A stretch of DNA of 64,000 nt, taken from contig CAVUMN010000002.1 of the NCBI GenBank assembly GCA_963742735.1, positions 1 through 64,000 on the forward strand, in the 5' to 3' direction. This DNA comes from an uncultured Actinomycetes bacterium (GTDB lineage Bacteria > Actinomycetota > UBA4738 > JBBDTT01). Each line of letters opens with the position of its first letter. Position 1 is the stretch's first letter. Shown piece after piece: positions 40,747 to 54,796 of this stretch. The notes beneath the pieces are model-generated. The model worked only from the letters and a program-made list of their open reading frames with translations. It was not told the origin of the DNA and ran no database searches. The translations under genes were made by a program, and so were the position numbers.

Positions 40747-41996
40747 ATGTTCACCGACGAGGCGAAGGTGGTGGCGGTCGGCGGTCGCGGCGGCAACGGC
40801 GCGGCCACCATGCGCAGCGAGCCGTACACCCCGCACGGCGGGCCCGACGGCGGCGACGGCGCCCGGGGGGCGACGTCGTGCTCGAGGTCTCGCGGGACGT
40901 CTTCGACCTCTCGGCGGTCGCGAAGCTGCCGACCCTGCGCGCCGGCGACGGAGGGAGCGGCGCGCGGGCCAAGCGCTCAGGAAAGACCGGCGAGGACCTC
41001 GTCATCAGGGTCCCGGACGGCACGGTCGTGTTCGACGAGCGCGGGCTGGTCGCGGACCTCGTCGGCGAGGGCTCGCGGGCGGTGGTCGCCGGCGGCGGCC
41101 GCGGCGGCCGCGGCAACGTGTCGCTGACGAGCAAGGTCAACCGCCTGCCCCGTGTCGCCGAGCGCGGCGAGGAGGGCGAGGAGCACCAGCTCCGCCTGGA
41201 GCTGCGCCTGGTGGCCGACGTCGGCCTGGTCGGCCTCCCCAACGCGGGAAAGTCGACCCTGCTGTCCAAGCTCACCGCCGCGAGGCCGAAGGTAGCCGAC
41301 TACCCGTTCACGACGATCACCCCCAACCTGGGCGTTGCCGGGGAGGACGACCGCTACGTGGTGGCCGACGTCCCCGGGCTGGTGGAGGGGGCCAGCGAGG
41401 GCCGCGGCCTGGGCCTGCAGTTCCTCCGCCACGTCTCGCGGTGCCGCGCGCTGGTCCACGTGGTGGACCTGGCGGCGGAGGACCCGCGGGCCGACCTGGA
41501 GACCATCCGGACCGAGCTCGCGGCGTACGACCCCGACCTGGCCGCGCGCGCCGCCCTGATCGCCGCGACGAAGGCCGACCTGGTGGACGACGCGCCGGCG
41601 CGGGCCGCGGCGCTGGACCCCTCCGCGATCCCCGTCAGCGGCGTGACCGGCGAGGGCATCGACCGGCTCGCCGAGCGGATCGCCGTCCTGGCGGCCGAGG
41701 CGCTCGCGGCGGCGCCCGAGCGTAAGCCCTACGTCGTCCTGCGCCCCGGCCGCCTGCCGTTCGAGGTGAGCCGCGAGGACGGCGGCGGGTACGCGGTCAA
41801 GGGCCAGCAGGTGGAGCGGTGGGTGAAGGAGACCGACCTGGAGGACCCCCGTCAGGTCGCGGCCCTGCAGAAGCGGCTGGTGAAGGCCGGCGTCGAGCGG
41901 CGGCTCGAGGAGCTCGGCGCCCGCCGCGGCGACGAGGTCGTGATCGCCGGGCGCGCGTTCGAGTTCCTGCCGGGGGAGGCCTCCGATGGCGCGTGA
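40747..41996 (+). CDS. obgE: GTPase ObgE; frameshift in G-run near 40870
   Basis: [23 protein letters not shown], then [26 protein letters not shown]. Confidence 0.95.
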
Positions 41997-43068
41997 CCTG
42001 GGCAGGGCCAAGCGGGTGGTGGTCAAGGTCGGCACGTCGAGCCTGGTCACCCCGAAGGGCGGCGTCTCCCGCGCGCGACTGGCGCGCATCGTCGAGCAGG
42101 TCGCGAAGGTGGCCCCCGGCCGCTCGGTGGTGCTCGTCTCCTCGGGCGCGATCGCGGCGGGGCTCGGGCCGCTCGGCGCGAAGCGGCGACCAACCGATAT
42201 CCCCGGGCTTCAGGCCGCCGCGGCCGTCGGGCAGGGACGACTCATGGCCGCCTACTCCGAGGAGCTCGGACGCCGGCGCCTGGTCGCCGCCCAGGTGCTG
42301 CTGACCCAGGACGACTTCATCCACCGCCGGCAGTTCGTGAACGCGAAGAACACCTTCGACCGGCTGCTCGCGGCGAGGGCGATCCCCGTGGTCAACGAGA
42401 ACGACACCGTCGCCACCGAGGAGATCCGGTTCGGCGACAACGACCGGCTGGCCGCGCTCGTCGCGGTGATGACCGGCGCCGACCTGCTGGTGCTCCTCTC
42501 CGACGTGGAAGGGATCTACGACACCGACCCTCGCAAGGGCCGGGCGAAGCTCCTCAGCGAGGTCCGCGAGCCCTCCACCGTCCGCGCGACCGGTCCCCAC
42601 CGCGGCTCGGGGGGCATGGCCTCGAAGCTCGAGGCGGCGACCATCGCCACCTCGGCGGGGATCGGCGTGGTCGTGGCCAAAGCCGACCGGCCCCGCGTGC
42701 TCGAGTCGGTCCTGGCCGGCGAGGCGATCGGCACGCACCTCCCGCCCGCGCCCAAGCGCCACCGCGCGCGCAAGGCGTGGATCGCGTTCGTGCGCGACGT
42801 GCGCGGGAAGGTGCAGGTCGACGCGGGCGCCGAACGGGCCCTCAAGCGGGACGGGCGGAGCCTGCTGGCGGCGGGCGTGCGCGGCGTGGAGGGTTCCTTC
42901 GTCGCCGGCGACGCGGTGGAGATCGTTGGGCCGGAGGGCCGGGCCTTCGCGCGCGGCATCGTGAACTACGCGGCGAGCGAGCTGGGGGAGATCGCTTCGC
43001 TTCCGGGCGGCCCGTACGATAGGGAGGTCGTCCACCGCGACGAGCTTGTGGTGATGCAGATTGACTGA
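41986..43068 (+). CDS. proB: Glutamate 5-kinase
   Basis: VVKVGTSSL, VSSGA, NENDTV, FGDNDRLAA, GGMASK; PUA domain. Confidence 0.97.
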   Translation: MARDLGRAKRVVVKVGTSSLVTPKGGVSRARLARIVEQVAKVAPGRSVVLVSSGAIAAGLGPLGAKRRPTDIPGLQAAAAVGQGRLMAAYSEELGRRRLVAAQVLLTQDDFIHRRQFVNAKNTFDRLLAARAIPVVNENDTVATEEIRFGDNDRLAALVAVMTGADLLVLLSDVEGIYDTDPRKGRAKLLSEVREPSTVRATGPHRGSGGMASKLEAATIATSAGIGVVVAKADRPRVLESVLAGEAIGTHLPPAPKRHRARKAWIAFVRDVRGKVQVDAGAERALKRDGRSLLAAGVRGVEGSFVAGDAVEIVGPEGRAFARGIVNYAASELGEIASLPGGPYDREVVHRDELVVMQID

Positions 43069-43086
43069 GAAGCAGGAGCGCGAATC

Positions 43087-44328
43087 GTGACGCTTCAGCA
43101 GCAGCTCGGCGACGCACGACGTGCCGCCCGGCTGCTCGCGCCCTTGGACCGCCAGGCAAAGGATGGAGCGCTCGCCTCGGTGGCCGAAGCGTTAGAGGCC
43201 CACGCCGAGGAGATCGTCCAGCAGAACGCCATCGATGTGACCGCCGCGAAAGAGGACGGGGCATCCGCGGCGGTTCTGGACAGGCTGACGCTTTCCGTCG
43301 AACGCCTTAGGGCTATCGCGGAAGGGCTGCGGACCATCGTGGAGCTGGACGACCCCGTCGGCGACGTCCTCGACGAGCGCACGCTTGCGAATGGCCTCCT
43401 CCTCCAGAAGCTTCGGGTCCCGCTGGGCGTGGTCGGGGTCATCTACGAGGGGCGTCCGAACGTGACCGTCGACGCCGCCGGGCTGGCGATCAAGGCCGGC
43501 AACGCCGTGCTGCTGCGCGGCTCGAGCATCGCCCAGCGTTCGAATGTGGCCCTGGTGACGGTCATGGCCGAGGCGCTCGAGTCGGCGGGGCTTCCCCCGC
43601 ACACCGCCCAGTTCGTGGAGCCCACCCGGGAGAACGCCCGGGAGATGATGCACGCCCGCGGGGGCATCGACCTGCTGATCCCGCGGGGCGGGAACGACCT
43701 GATCCAGACCGTCGTCCGCGAGTCGGTGGTGCCGGTGATCGAGACCGGCGTCGGTAACTGCCACGTCTACGTGGACCGCGCGGCGGACCTGCAGCAGGCC
43801 CTCGACATCCTGGTCAACGCGAAGGTCCAGCGGCCCGGTGTGTGCAACGCGGCCGAGTCGTTCCTGGTCCACCGCGACGTGGCTGACGCGTTCGTGCCGA
43901 AGGCCCTCGCCGCCCTCGCCGAGAACGGCGTGGAGGTTCGCGGCGACGACGCGGTCCGCGCGTACTCCGACGACGTGGTCGCGGCCACGGACGAGGACTT
44001 CCATACCGAGTTCCTGGACCTGATCATGTCCGGAAAGGTCGTGGGCTCCCTCGACGAGGCCATCGACCACATCAACGCGTACGGCACCCAGCACACCGAG
44101 GCCATCGTCACCGAGGACACCGAGGCGAGCCGGCGGTTCGTCGACGAGATCGACGCCGCCGCGGTGATGGTCAACGCCAGCACCCGCTTCACCGACGGCG
44201 GCGAGTTCGGGATGGGAGCCGAGATCGGGATCTCCACCCAGAAGCTCCACGCCCGCGGCCCGATGGCGCTGCCCGAGCTCACCACCTACAAGTTCGTCGT
44301 CCGTGGGACGGGCCAGGTCCGCGGGTGA
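43087..44328 (+). CDS. proA: Glutamate-5-semialdehyde dehydrogenase
   Basis: IYEGRPNVT, GNCHVY, CNAAE, NASTRFTDG, QKLHARGP. Confidence 0.97.
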   Translation: MTLQQQLGDARRAARLLAPLDRQAKDGALASVAEALEAHAEEIVQQNAIDVTAAKEDGASAAVLDRLTLSVERLRAIAEGLRTIVELDDPVGDVLDERTLANGLLLQKLRVPLGVVGVIYEGRPNVTVDAAGLAIKAGNAVLLRGSSIAQRSNVALVTVMAEALESAGLPPHTAQFVEPTRENAREMMHARGGIDLLIPRGGNDLIQTVVRESVVPVIETGVGNCHVYVDRAADLQQALDILVNAKVQRPGVCNAAESFLVHRDVADAFVPKALAALAENGVEVRGDDAVRAYSDDVVAATDEDFHTEFLDLIMSGKVVGSLDEAIDHINAYGTQHTEAIVTEDTEASRRFVDEIDAAAVMVNASTRFTDGGEFGMGAEIGISTQKLHARGPMALPELTTYKFVVRGTGQVRG

Positions 44329-44761
44329 GCCTCAAGGACGAGCTCATCCGCGACGAGGACGCGCGGTTCGAGGAGTTCCATCGCCTCCTGCACCAGCTCG
44401 ACCGCGAGCAGCTGGAGCGCGTCGGCTACAACGAGCGGTGGTCGGTGAAGGACGCCCTGGCCCATCTGGGCTGCTGGTTCGCCGAGGCGACGGTGGCCCT
44501 TGAGCAGATCCGCATGGGGACCCACGAGCGCACGAAGGTCGACGTGGAGGCGAACAACGAGCGTTACTACGAGACGTGGAAGGACGTTGACGTGGACGCG
44601 GTGCGGGCGGAGTTCTTCAGCGCGCACACCCGGATGCTCGAGGAGTGGTGGCGCCTGGAGGAGCCCAACCGCCTGGCCCAGGAGTGGTTCAAGGAGAGCG
44701 GCCCCCACCATTTCGACGAGCACCTGCCGCGGATGCGAGAGTGGGTCCAGGAGGTGAGCGC

Positions 44762-44765
<4 letters not shown>
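44325..44765 (+). CDS. DinB/ClbS-DfsB-like four-helix bundle protein
   Basis: WSVKDALAHL...HHFDEH. Confidence 0.75.
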
Positions 44766-45628
<863 letters not shown>

Positions 45629-45638
45629 CCGCTCGCCC

Positions 45639-46820
45639 CTAGCCCTTCCGGGCGGGCGCCTGCTCCTGGGCGTCGGACGGCAGGTCGGTCTCGGGGGCCG
45701 GGAGCTCCTGGCCGATCTTGGGGACCGCCAGACGGCCCTTGAACCGGCCGAGGATCTTCGAGGGGTGCAGGCCGGCGATCGAGCGGTCGCTCGACCACGG
45801 GGCCATCGGGGCCATGGTCAGCCCGGCCAGGGCCACGAGCACGGTGTCGTAGTTCACGCGCCAGCCGGCGAAGTCCCGCCACGCCTGGTCGCGGTCCGCC
45901 TTGATCGGGACGCCGTGGTGCGCCAGGTGGTCGACGACCTCGTCGAATTCCTCGCGGGAGATCGAGATGGGGTCCGTGGGCGACGGGTCGGGGTCGTAGG
46001 GGATGCGGAAGAACGACGACACCCGGCGCAGGGCGATGTAGCCGGCCCGGATGCACAGCTCGGCGCGGGGCTCGCGCTTCATGTCGACGGTGGAGGCTCG
46101 AAGCGCCGCGGCGTCGAGCACCGCGCCGGCCGCCGTCACCCAGGAGTGCTGGGGAACGGGTGAGCGGAAGAACACCACGGCCGGGAGGCTGGTGTGCGTC
46201 TCGGCGAGCGTCACGAACCAGTGCTCCCAGTACTCCCAGATCTCGTGGAGCTCATCCAGGCCCCGGATCAGGAAGTAGCGCTCGATCATCTCCCGGCCCG
46301 ACGGCGGCGAGCCGGCCCGGACCTCCAGCAGGGCCACCCCCTCCTCGCGGCGGGAGAACACCGCATACATGCTCGGGAGGTAGGTGATGATCAGGGCCAG
46401 GAACAGCAGACCCAACGCGGCCTCGCTGAACGCCAGGAGGGTGGTCGAGACTCCCGCCGGCCGGTCGAAGCCCAGGGTGAGCAGCGAGGACCCCGAGATG
46501 TGCATCGACTCGAAGACCGATCGCTCCTCGAGCAGGGACCAGAAGATCGCCCCGTAGCCGACGAACGTCGTCCCGAGCCAGGTGAGACCGAGCACGATCA
46601 GGCTGACCGGCGAGTACATCGCCATCACCCGGTCCCGGACCACGTACGGCCGGCTGGGGCGGGCCCGCAACCGGAAGAGCGCCCGCATCGCCAGGAACAC
46701 GACCCGGGTCAGCCGGGCGGGGATGGCGCGGGGAAGGACGACGGTGCGGATCGCGGACGCGAAGGTCGCGGAGACGATGAACGCCCCGGCGACCCCCGCG
46801 GCGATGCGCAGGACGAGCAT
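45639..46820 (-). CDS. Membrane protein with ion-channel-like pore motif
   Basis: TM helices around SGSSLLTLGF, ITYLPSMY..FSRRE, FFRSP. Confidence 0.7.
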   Translation of the reverse strand: MLVLRIAAGVAGAFIVSATFASAIRTVVLPRAIPARLTRVVFLAMRALFRLRARPSRPYVVRDRVMAMYSPVSLIVLGLTWLGTTFVGYGAIFWSLLEERSVFESMHISGSSLLTLGFDRPAGVSTTLLAFSEAALGLLFLALIITYLPSMYAVFSRREEGVALLEVRAGSPPSGREMIERYFLIRGLDELHEIWEYWEHWFVTLAETHTSLPAVVFFRSPVPQHSWVTAAGAVLDAAALRASTVDMKREPRAELCIRAGYIALRRVSSFFRIPYDPDPSPTDPISISREEFDEVVDHLAHHGVPIKADRDQAWRDFAGWRVNYDTVLVALAGLTMAPMAPWSSDRSIAGLHPSKILGRFKGRLAVPKIGQELPAPETDLPSDAQEQAPARKG

Positions 46821-46829
46821 GCGGGGAGC

Positions 46830-47816
46830 CTAGCCCGAGGGAAGCTCGACCGGGGTGACCCGGACCGTGGTGACGCGGCCGTCGCGCACCAGCCGCACGT
46901 CGAGCTCGCGGCCGATGGCGTCGCCGGCCATGAGGCGCTGGAGGTCGCCGACCCCTTCCACGGGCGCGCCGTCCACGTCCAGGATCAGGTCCTCGCCGCG
47001 GATGCCCGCGCGCTCGGCGGGGCTGCCCTCCACGACCTGGATGACCTCGACGCCGCGCTCGCGGCCAACCTCGGCGGCGGCCTTGGGCGGGATCGGCCGC
47101 GGCCCGCCGGCGATGCCCAGGTAGGCGCGGCGGAACCGCCCCTCGGTCATGAGGGCGGCGATGATCGTTCGCGTGGTCGAGTTCACCGGCACGGCGAGGC
47201 CGAGGCCGACCCCGGCCACCGCAGTGTTCACGCCGACCACTCTGCCCAGCCCGTCGGACAGCGCGCCGCCGGAGTTCCCCGGGTTCAACGCGGCGTCGGT
47301 CTGGATGACGTTCTCGACCAGGCGGCTGTTCGTGCCGGCCCGGGTGGGGAGGGAGCGCCCGAGAGCGCTCACCACGCCGGCAGTCACCGAGCCGGAGAAG
47401 CCAAGCGGGTTGCCGATGGCCACGACGAGCTGGCCGACGCGCAGGCCGTCGGCGTCGCCGAGCGTCGCCGGCTCCAGGTCGCCGCCGGTGGTTCGGATCA
47501 CGGCGAGGTCGGACAGCGGGTCGGTGCCCACGGTGGAGAACTCGAGCTCGCGGCCGTCGGTGAACGTGGCCGAGCCGCCGTCGGCGGTGGACACGACGTG
47601 GGCGGAGGTCAGCAGGTAGCCGTCGGGGGTGACGGCCACGGCCGAGCCGGATCCCTCGGCCCGGCGCCCGCCGGGGACCCGGCGCATCACCCGCAGGCTG
47701 GCGACGCAGGGGATCAGCCGCGCGGACACCGTGGTGACCACGGTCGAGTAGGCGTCGAGGGCGTCGGCCTCCTGTTTCGACCCGTCCAGGATCGCGTCGA
47801 TGTAGCGGATCGCCAT
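46830..47816 (-). CDS. S1C (HtrA-like) serine protease with PDZ domain, no TM
   Basis: TSAHVV, DLAV, TDAALNPGNSGG, SPAERAGI. Confidence 0.93.
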   Translation of the reverse strand: MAIRYIDAILDGSKQEADALDAYSTVVTTVSARLIPCVASLRVMRRVPGGRRAEGSGSAVAVTPDGYLLTSAHVVSTADGGSATFTDGRELEFSTVGTDPLSDLAVIRTTGGDLEPATLGDADGLRVGQLVVAIGNPLGFSGSVTAGVVSALGRSLPTRAGTNSRLVENVIQTDAALNPGNSGGALSDGLGRVVGVNTAVAGVGLGLAVPVNSTTRTIIAALMTEGRFRRAYLGIAGGPRPIPPKAAAEVGRERGVEVIQVVEGSPAERAGIRGEDLILDVDGAPVEGVGDLQRLMAGDAIGRELDVRLVRDGRVTTVRVTPVELPSG

Positions 47817-47861
47817 GCCGCGACGCTAGCACCGCGCCGGGAAATGGCAGACTCTCGGGCG

Positions 47862-49185
47862 ATGCTGAACCAGCTGGAGCTGTTCTTCGGGCGGCTGCGC
47901 GACGCGGGGGTGCCGGTCTCGGTGCACGAGTCACTGGACGCCGTCCGGGCCTCGGGCGTGGTCGACCTCACCGAGCGGGAGACGTTCCGCTCGGCGCTCG
48001 CCGCCTCGATCGTGAAGGACGACGCGCACCGGTCCTCGTTCGACGCGGTGTTCGACGTGACGTTCGCCCGGAAGACCGCCGGCGGCGAGGCGCCGGAGGA
48101 GTCGGCGGAGGCGCTACGAGAGGCCCTGGAGGACGCCGTCCGCCGCGGCGACCTCGAGACCGTCCGGGCCCTGGCCCGGCGCGCCGCCCAGGCCTTCGCC
48201 GGGGTCGGCCAGCAGCAGTCCGGGCCGGGGTATTTCACCCACCGGGCCATGCGGGCCCTGGGCGTGGACGAGCTGTGGGCGAAGCTCCTCGACGCGATGC
48301 GGGAGCGTGAGGCCGGGCTCGAGGCGGCGCTCACCGAGGCCGGGATCGCCGCGGCCCGCGAGGCGTTCGAGGACGCGGTCCGCGGCGAGGTCCTCCGCCT
48401 GCTGGTCGAGGACCGCGGCGCCGAGACGGTGAATCGTTGGACGTCGCGGCCCCTGCCCGAGGACCTGGAGTTCGTCTCCGCGACCCGCGACGAGCTCGAC
48501 GCGCTGACCAAGGCGATCCGCCCGCTCGCCCGCCGACTGGCCACCCGGCTCGCGAAGCGAAAGCGCCGCGGCCACCACGGGCGGCTCGACGTCCGCAGGA
48601 CCGTCCGCAACTCGCTGTCCACCGGCGGCGTGCCGTTCAACCCCATTCACCGCCGCAAGCATCCCCACCGGCCGGAGCTGTTCCTGCTGTGCGACGTGAG
48701 CGGCTCGGTGGCGAGCTTCAGCCGGTTCACCCTGCAGTTCGTGCACGCCCTGCAGAACCACTTCCGCGCGGTGCGCTCGTTCGCGTTCGTCGACACGCTG
48801 GACGAGGTGACCGAGGACTTCCGTGGCGGCGAGCTCGCCCCAGCCTGGCCACGATGATCGGCCGGGCCAGGGTGGTCTACGGCGACGGCCACAGCGACTA
48901 CGGGACGTCGCTGCGCAAGTTCGAGGAGATCGCGGGGGAGTCCCTCAACCACCGCTCGGTGGTGATCGTCCTGGGCGACGCGCGCAACAACTACCGGGAG
49001 CCGCGCTCGGACGTCCTGGAGCGGGTGGCCGAGAAGGCCCACCGCGTGTTCTGGCTGAACCCCGAGCCCGCGCGGTGGTGGGATACGGGCGACTCGGTCA
49101 CGAGGGCCTATGCCCCCACGTTGACGGCATCTACGAGTGCCGCAACCTGCGCCAGCTCGAGGCGTTCATCGAGCGCATCGCCTGA
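47862..49185 (+). CDS. VWA domain protein (CoxE-like); frameshifts near 48840 and 49115
   Basis: GRLDVRRTVR, LCDVSGS, GHSDYG, LGDARNN, WLNPE, ECRNLRQL. Confidence 0.88.
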
Positions 49186-49254
49186 GGCCGGCCGGCAAGG
49201 ATTTCGTCCCGATCTACCCGGGCCCCATCAGGCTCGGACCTAGAATCGTCCGGC

Positions 49255-49857
49255 ATGGGGAAACGAATCGGGATCATGGGTGGCACGTTCGATCCCGTCC
49301 ACATCGGACACCTCGTTACCGCGGAGGAGGCCGCCGACCAGTTCCGGCTGGACCAGGTCATCTTCGTGCCCACGGGTGAGCCGTGGATGAAGCGGCATCG
49401 TGAGACCGGGGTCACCGCCGGCGAGCACCGCTACCTGATGACGGTGATCGCCACCTCCGCCAACCCCCGGTTCACCGTCAGCCGCAAGGAGATCGACCGG
49501 GGCGGGCCGACGTACACGATCGACACGCTGACCGGGTTCCGCGAGGACCTCCCCAACGTCGAGCTGTTCTTCATCACCGGCGCCGACGCGATGCTCGAGA
49601 TCTTCCACTGGAAGGATCCCGAGGGCGCTCTGGACCTCGCCCACTTCATCGCCGCGACGCGGCCCGGCTACGACCTGGCCCGTTTCGAGCGGGAGACCCC
49701 GACCGAGCACCCGAAGGTCACCGTCATGGACATCCCGGCACTGGCCATCTCGTCCTCGGACATCCGAGAGCGGGTAATGGCGGGCCGGCCCATCCGGTAT
49801 CTGGTCCCGGCGGGCGTGCAGGAGTACATCCAGAAGGAAGGGCTGTACCGCTCGTGA
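49255..49857 (+). CDS. nadD: Nicotinate-nucleotide adenylyltransferase
   Basis: GGTFDPVHIGH, FITGADA, ISSSDIR. Confidence 0.97.
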   Translation: MGKRIGIMGGTFDPVHIGHLVTAEEAADQFRLDQVIFVPTGEPWMKRHRETGVTAGEHRYLMTVIATSANPRFTVSRKEIDRGGPTYTIDTLTGFREDLPNVELFFITGADAMLEIFHWKDPEGALDLAHFIAATRPGYDLARFERETPTEHPKVTVMDIPALAISSSDIRERVMAGRPIRYLVPAGVQEYIQKEGLYRS

Positions 49858-50965
49858 GGGACCTGCGGACCGAGCGCGTCCGGCCGGTGCGGGCCACGAG
49901 GTCGGCGTCGCGCCGCCGCCGCCGGACCTGGCTGATGGTGATCGGCCTCCCGGTGGTCCTGACGCTGATCGCGACGGCGATCTGGTGGCTGGCCGACGGC
50001 GGTCCGTTCGGGGGCGGCTCGGAGCCGGACCCAGACGTCGCGGACCAGACCCTCACCGTGATGGCGTACCGAGGGGAGCAGACGGGCATCGCGGTCCTCG
50101 CCACCTCGCGCTCCGGCGCGCGCGACCCCGTCGCCTTGGTCGTGCCGACCAACATCATCGCCAGCGTGCCGGGGCACGGGACGGGGCCGCTGTCCGAGGC
50201 CCTCGCCGGCGGGGCGAGCGTCGCCCAGACCACGATCGCCAACCTGCTCGGCCTGCCCCTGCACCAGCGGGGGATGCTGACCCCGGAGGGGCTGGAGGAA
50301 TTCGGCGACGCCGTCCAGGGCATCACGGTCGACATCGGGGCTCGCGCGACGGTCCTCGGCGAGTCCGTCGGGCCCGGGCGAGATCCGGATGCGCGGCGAG
50401 CAGGTGGCCGCGTACCTGGACGGGGCGACCGACCCGATCGAGGTGACGCTGCGGTTCGAGGAGGTCATGACCGGGCTCCTGGACGCCGCCCGCCGCGACC
50501 CGTCCGCACTGCAGGGGGCCGCCGATGACCCCTCGCCGGGCTTCGGGGTCTCCGTCGCGGCGGTGCCGGCCGACACGCTCGTCGAGGAGCTCCCGATCAA
50601 GGACGCCGGCAGCGGCGTGGCGAGCATGGACGCGGCGAAGGCGGAGACAGCTCATCGACCAGCTGTTCGCGCGCCCGACCGATCAGGTGGCGAGCGTCGT
50701 GCTGCTCAACGGCAACGGGGTGCCGGGCATCGGCGCGGACCTGGCGTCGCGCATCGTCCCCGCGGGGTTCCGGGTGGTGGTCTCGACGAACGCGCGGACC
50801 TTCGACTTCGAGCGGACCCTGATCGTGGTCAGGGACGAGCGATTCATGAGCGTGGGAAGGGAGTTGCGATCGCTGATCGGCGTGGGACAGGTGTCGGTGG
50901 GGCAAGGTTTCACCGGATTGGCGGACATCACGGTGCTGATCGGAATGGACTTCGGGGGCGGATGA
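49854..50965 (+). CDS. LCP-like / LytR C-terminal domain membrane protein; frameshifted
   Basis: N-terminal TM, DAVQGITVD, C-terminal VLLNGNGVPGIG...ADITVLIGMDF. Confidence 0.75.
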
Positions 50966-51331
50966 CGGAGACGCGCGAGCTGGCCGTCGCCGCGGCCCGG
51001 GCGGCGGCCTCGAAGAAGGCCGGGAACGTGGTGATCATGGACATGCGCGAGCTGCTGGTGATCACGGACTACTTCGTGATCGCCGGCGCGTCGAACGAGC
51101 GGCAGGTCAAGACGATCGCCGAGGAGATCCAGTCCGCGGCCAAGGCCCTGGGGGTCAAGCCGGTCCGCCGCGAGGGTGAGCGCGACGCGCCGGTGGATCC
51201 TGCTGGACTTCGTGGACTTCGTGGCGCACGTGTTCCTGGACGAGGAGCGCGAGTTCTACGACCTGGAACGGCTGTGGGCCGACGCGCCGCGGGAGCCGTG
51301 GGAGGCCGAGGAGGCCGCAACCGGAGCGTAG
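50962..51331 (+). CDS. rsfS: Ribosome silencing factor; frameshift near 51190
   Basis: [33 protein letters not shown]...FYDLERLW. Confidence 0.92.
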
Positions 51332-51333
51332 CC

Positions 51334-52260
51334 ATGGGCGATCAGGGATTCGACGTCAGCCCCCCCGAGGAGCCGCGCGAGCGCGAGCGGGTCACGCCCG
51401 AATGGGCCTCGTTGTTCTCGGACCACGAGGAGCCCCCGGGTCTCGGGGAGCCGGCTCGCGACGTCCGCAGCGACTCCGACCAGGAGCGCCTGCAGCGGTA
51501 CTGGGGCGCGGCCACCCGTCCCACGGCGGTGGAATCCGTCCCCGCGCGGGGCGGCGAGGCCTACCCACCTCCCGCCGCTCCCAGGCCGCCGAGCCGCTCG
51601 GAGCCGGCGCGGCGGCGCGAGCGGGAACAGGAGCGCGAGCGCGTCGCGCGGCGGTCCTCCCGGGAGATCCCCGACGCCCAGCTGGGGATCCCGGCGCGGC
51701 CTCCCGTGCGCGGCGCGGCAATCGCCGGGATCGTGATCGGGGGGTTCCTGGTCGTCGGGGTGGTGCTCTACGTGCTGGCTCGGACGCTGATGGGCTCGGA
51801 CCTGGGCGGCGAGGGCGCGTTCCCCCGCGACGACGTCAGCGCCGGGGCGACGAACGTGGTCACGGGCGTGATCGGCGACCCGGTACGCGTCGGCACCATC
51901 GCGGTGAAGGTCCACGAGGTGCGCACCGTGCCCGGGAGCGCCGAGGAGGCCCCCGCCGCCGGCATGAAGTGGGTCGCGGTCAGGATCGAGGTCGTGAACG
52001 AGGGGAGCGCCGAGGCCAGCATCAGCATGCTCGCGATGTTCGACCTGGTGGTCGCGGATGGCGCGAGCCACGCGCCGACGATCATCGCCAGCGTGCCGAA
52101 GTACGCGGACGGGGACCTCGCCGTGGGGCTTCGCCTGACCGGCGAGGTCGTGTTCGAGATCCCCGAGGACGCCGAGCCGCAGCAGTTCCTGGTGCTCGCT
52201 CCCGACCGGACCGCCGAGGCCACCATCGCCCTGGATCCGGCCGAGGCCGCCACTCCCTGA
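51334..52260 (+). CDS. Membrane protein with DUF4352-like Ig-fold C-terminus
   Basis: Disordered N-terminus, single TM, GMKWVAVRIEVVNEG...GEVVFEIP. Confidence 0.7.
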   Translation: MGDQGFDVSPPEEPRERERVTPEWASLFSDHEEPPGLGEPARDVRSDSDQERLQRYWGAATRPTAVESVPARGGEAYPPPAAPRPPSRSEPARRREREQERERVARRSSREIPDAQLGIPARPPVRGAAIAGIVIGGFLVVGVVLYVLARTLMGSDLGGEGAFPRDDVSAGATNVVTGVIGDPVRVGTIAVKVHEVRTVPGSAEEAPAAGMKWVAVRIEVVNEGSAEASISMLAMFDLVVADGASHAPTIIASVPKYADGDLAVGLRLTGEVVFEIPEDAEPQQFLVLAPDRTAEATIALDPAEAATP

Positions 52261-52282
52261 CTGCTAAACTCGGTCGAGTCCC

Positions 52283-53948
<1,666 letters not shown>

Positions 53949-53952
<4 letters not shown>

Positions 53953-54329
53953 GGCTTGGCCTTCCTGTTCGGCTTGGCTTCGGAGCGCCCGTCCCGCAGC
54001 TCCTTGAGCCGTGTTTTCAGTTCCTTGATCTCTGCAGGCGACAGGTCGTACTTGGCGCGCAGGTAGATGCCGAACTCGGGCAGGTTCTTGCCTTCGGGCA
54101 TGACGTAGCCGGCCAGACCGTAGAGTTCCTCGAGTTCTAGATCGAGTGCTCGGGCCAGCTTCACCAGCTTCGCCGGATCCGGCTTGGCGTAGACCCCACG
54201 CTCGAAGTAGTAGATGGTCGACTGCTCGATGCCAGTGAGCTTCTGCAGCTGCACAAGGCTCAGGCCCTTGGCCTGGCGTGCCTGAAGTAGTAGCTGTCCC
54301 AGCTCGGGGTTCTTGCTCGGTCGCGGCAT
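53949..54329 (-). CDS. XRE family HTH regulator, translationally coupled to the integrase
   Basis: LGQLLLQARQAKGLSLVQL...STIYYFERG...KLARALDL; ATGA overlap; AAAGGGA RBS. Confidence 0.92.
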
Positions 54330-54350
54330 ACGGTGTCCCTTTCTGGACCC

Positions 54351-54396
54351 ATCCTGCCAGAAGCGTTGTGCAAAGTCAATAGGCGTACGCCTGTTG
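54351..54396 (-). promoter_or_regulatory. Promoter of xre-int with overlapping palindromic operator
   Basis: Minus strand TTGACT-17 nt-CAGGAT; near-perfect palindrome CAATAGGCGTACGCCTGTTG (54377-54396) overlapping the -35. Confidence 0.6.
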
Positions 54397-54776
54397 GCCC
54401 ACCTGGACCAAGGAAGGCCCGCCCCGGCCTCAGGGGCGCGTTAGACCGAACAACAACCGTCCTACGCGCTAGTGAGTCGTTCGCACTACGAGCCTGGAAA
54501 TCGCGCTGACCTGCGGAGATCCGTTCGTTGTCAACAACGCGATAGGAATGGCGAGGCGAACAAAGCGAGCAAGCGTCGGAGCTCCTCCAAGCCCTTCGCA
54601 GGCGACCGAATCCACCACCACTTTGCATAGAGATTCGTTGGCGAATTGAGCCGGAATCGGCAATCTACCTGCATGATCAGGCGGGGCCACTCGCCGCGAC
54701 CGGACTTGCGAGCGGACCTTGCGTTATGACCGAGATGTGCTAGGGGGCCCTCGGGGACCTGAGCAGACCAAGCCGT

Positions 54777-54796
54777 TTATCCACATCTGGGGATAA
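54777..54796. promoter_or_regulatory. Pair of inverted DnaA boxes
   Basis: TTATCCACA (perfect, 54777-54785) + 2 bp + TGGGGATAA (1 mismatch, reverse, 54788-54796). Confidence 0.6.

Noticed and set aside
40860-40875. obgE frameshift (also rsfS, LCP and VWA genes) as phase variation
   Set aside because: ObgE is normally essential and the shift sits in a G homopolymer, so this is probably a sequencing error.
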